Below, one piece after another: positions 62,056 through 64,000 of a stretch of 64,000 nucleotides of DNA. Under the pieces are notes generated by a model. It had not been told where the DNA came from. It searched no databases and worked only from the letters and a program-made list of their open reading frames with translations. Source of the DNA: Fimicolochytrium jonesii (taxonomy: Eukaryota); the NCBI RefSeq assembly GCF_025526975.1, contig NW_026515697.1, positions 1 through 64,000 of the forward strand, written 5' to 3'. Each line of letters opens with the position of its first letter. The first letter of the stretch is position 1. The translations under genes were made by a program, and so were the position numbers.

Positions 62056-63533
62056 TCAGAGCATCGACTTGAAGTTCTCCCTCGACACCCGCTCCTCCTT
62101 GGTCTCCCTCCCCTCCGGCAAAAACACCTCCGGAAAGTCCTCCCCAACCCTCACCCCGGCCACCATCTCCGCGACCGCCTTCCCACTCAAGAACGCCCTC
62201 GGCATCCCATGTCCCGAAAACCCCGCCGACACAAACATGCCGGGATTCCGCGGCACAGGCCCCACAAACGGCAACCGGTCCCCGCTGAATCCCATGATCC
62301 CCGCCCACTCCATCTCCACCTCCACACCCTGTTTCTTCAACATCGGGAAGCGGTCAGGGATGTAGCTCCGCAGAGCCTTGGATACTTCAGGGTGTAAGTG
62401 CGCGTCGTCGCCGTTGCCGACCTCCATGCTGGGTGTCACGAGGTGGCGCATCCCGCCGAGGACGATACGGCCGTCTTCGCGGGTGGAGAGGTACTCGTAG
62501 CCGTTGTTGGCTGTGATGCAGAGGTCGAAGGGGGGTGGGGGCGAGAGGGGTTTGGTGACGATGACTTGGTTTTTGACGGGGAGGATGGGGAGTGTGGGGA
62601 GGAAGGTAGATGTGTGTGAGTTGGTGCAGACGATGACTTGGCGGGCTTGTAAGGTGTGCCTTTTGGAGGCTGTGATGAGGAAGGTGCCGTCCGGCTGTTT
62701 TCGGACTTTTTCGACGAGTTTTTGCGTGCAGATGGTGACTTTTCCGCCGGCATGGCGCTGCTTTGTGTTTTGGGCCAACACTTCCTTGGCGAGGCCTAGC
62801 ACCAGTTTGGCTGGCCACACGCGGTACGCCGGCGCCATCCTCACAGCGCCGAGATAAACATCCGTGCCCAGCAACTCCTTCACAGCCCTCGCATCCAACA
62901 ACTCAAACCCCTCCCCACACCCCGCCGCCTTCATCTTTCTCACATCCTCGGTCCAGAACTCTTTTTCACCGTCCGTCGCAAACACGTTCAGGCACCCGTC
63001 CTTGAACTTGTGGAAGAAGGGGTCGGGTTGGCCGCCGTGGGCGAGGTAGGTGGTGACGAACTCGGAGAGGGCGTCGGCGTTGAGTTGGTCGAATTTGAGA
63101 AGTTTACGGGTGACGGGGATGCCGAGGGCGGCGGTGGTTGTAGTCCAGGAGTCGTGGAGGCTGTATTGTACATCGCTCGTCAGCGCGGCCGTTTCCTGTA
63201 AATTACAACCTACACTTACCCTGGCACAAGCAACCCGCCGTTCCTTCCCGTAGCCCCTCCGCTGAGCTGTCGGCCCTCAACCACGACGATATGCCATTCG
63301 GGCTTCAGCTGCTGGAGGAATCGGGCGACCGACAACCCGGAGATTCCAGCTGTTCGAAAGTTGAGTGTCAGCCAGAATTCAGAAGTGGCAAACTCGTTTT
63401 TCTCACCCAATCTCCTACCTCCTATGATGGCCACATCGACTGTTTCCGTAGGCAGCGGCGCCGACTCTGGGACCTCCAGGTCACGGAGCCAGTACGATGC
63501 CGTGGGGTTGTCTGGCAAGTGGGAGTTTGTCAT
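62056..63533 (-). CDS. FAD-dependent oxidoreductase (DAO/PuuB-like family)
   Basis: SYWL...DVAIIG.GISG, LSGGATGRNGG, WAGIMGFSGDRLPFVG...AGFSGHGMPRAF. Confidence 0.93.
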
Positions 63534-64000
63534 GCTTTTGACTAACTACTGACTACTATACGAGGGTCTTTGACGACACTTTTGTAAACTGGCGACCTGA
63601 CGAAGTCGGCTCTTTCTCCATCCCCACCTTCCGCAAGGGGGCCCATGTCGGTTTTGCTTTTGTACTTCCGTGGTGGTTGTTCCCTGCAAGAAAAGGGTGT
63701 CTTTGAAATGCAACGGCGGAACCAGAATGCGCGTCGCGTGCATGTCATCTGCAAACACCGTGACGCTTTGGTGGCTTCCCCGCGGTGCCGCCCATCAATC
63801 TCAAACGTACTGTACAGCGCTCCAAGCCGCCGATTCTTACGTTACAATTCCCGCTATGTACGAGACTACGACTCTATGGCTCTCTAGTATCTATATCACC
63901 CCGCCGAATTCTGTATTTTGCCCGCACATAGACTCCCAAAAACAACCCATCAGGCACCTCAACCTCGCACATCCGCTGCAGTTGCCTCCATCTCGAAAAT

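Overview
Gene-dense, intron-rich eukaryotic nuclear DNA. It is most likely from a zoosporic (chytrid-type) fungus, based on short GT-AG introns with CTRAC branch points, fungal-type housekeeping genes and a flagellar CFAP77-like gene. About 20 ordinary protein genes can be assembled by hand. The main finding is at the left end: the N-terminal half of a Fanzor1 gene (eukaryotic TnpB-derived RNA-guided endonuclease). It has a spliceosomal intron, a long Pro-rich/NLS extension and a CATA motif at its putative left end, and it is cut by a Ty3/Gypsy chromovirus whose integrase-chromodomain end and complete 530-bp 3' LTR are visible. Other observations: (1) a family of GC-rich hairpin modules shared by the long introns of four unrelated genes, one of which creates an in-frame duplicated 5' splice site; (2) an ~80-bp element repeated upstream of two neighbouring genes; (3) a ~5-kb accessory island (45.1-50.4 kb) with tandem repeats, hairpins, a possible omegaRNA-like relic and an intronless bacterial-like gene split at a G_GGA_AAG heptamer. 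All family assignments come from recognised motifs, not database searches. Multi-exon CDS coordinates are outer bounds.
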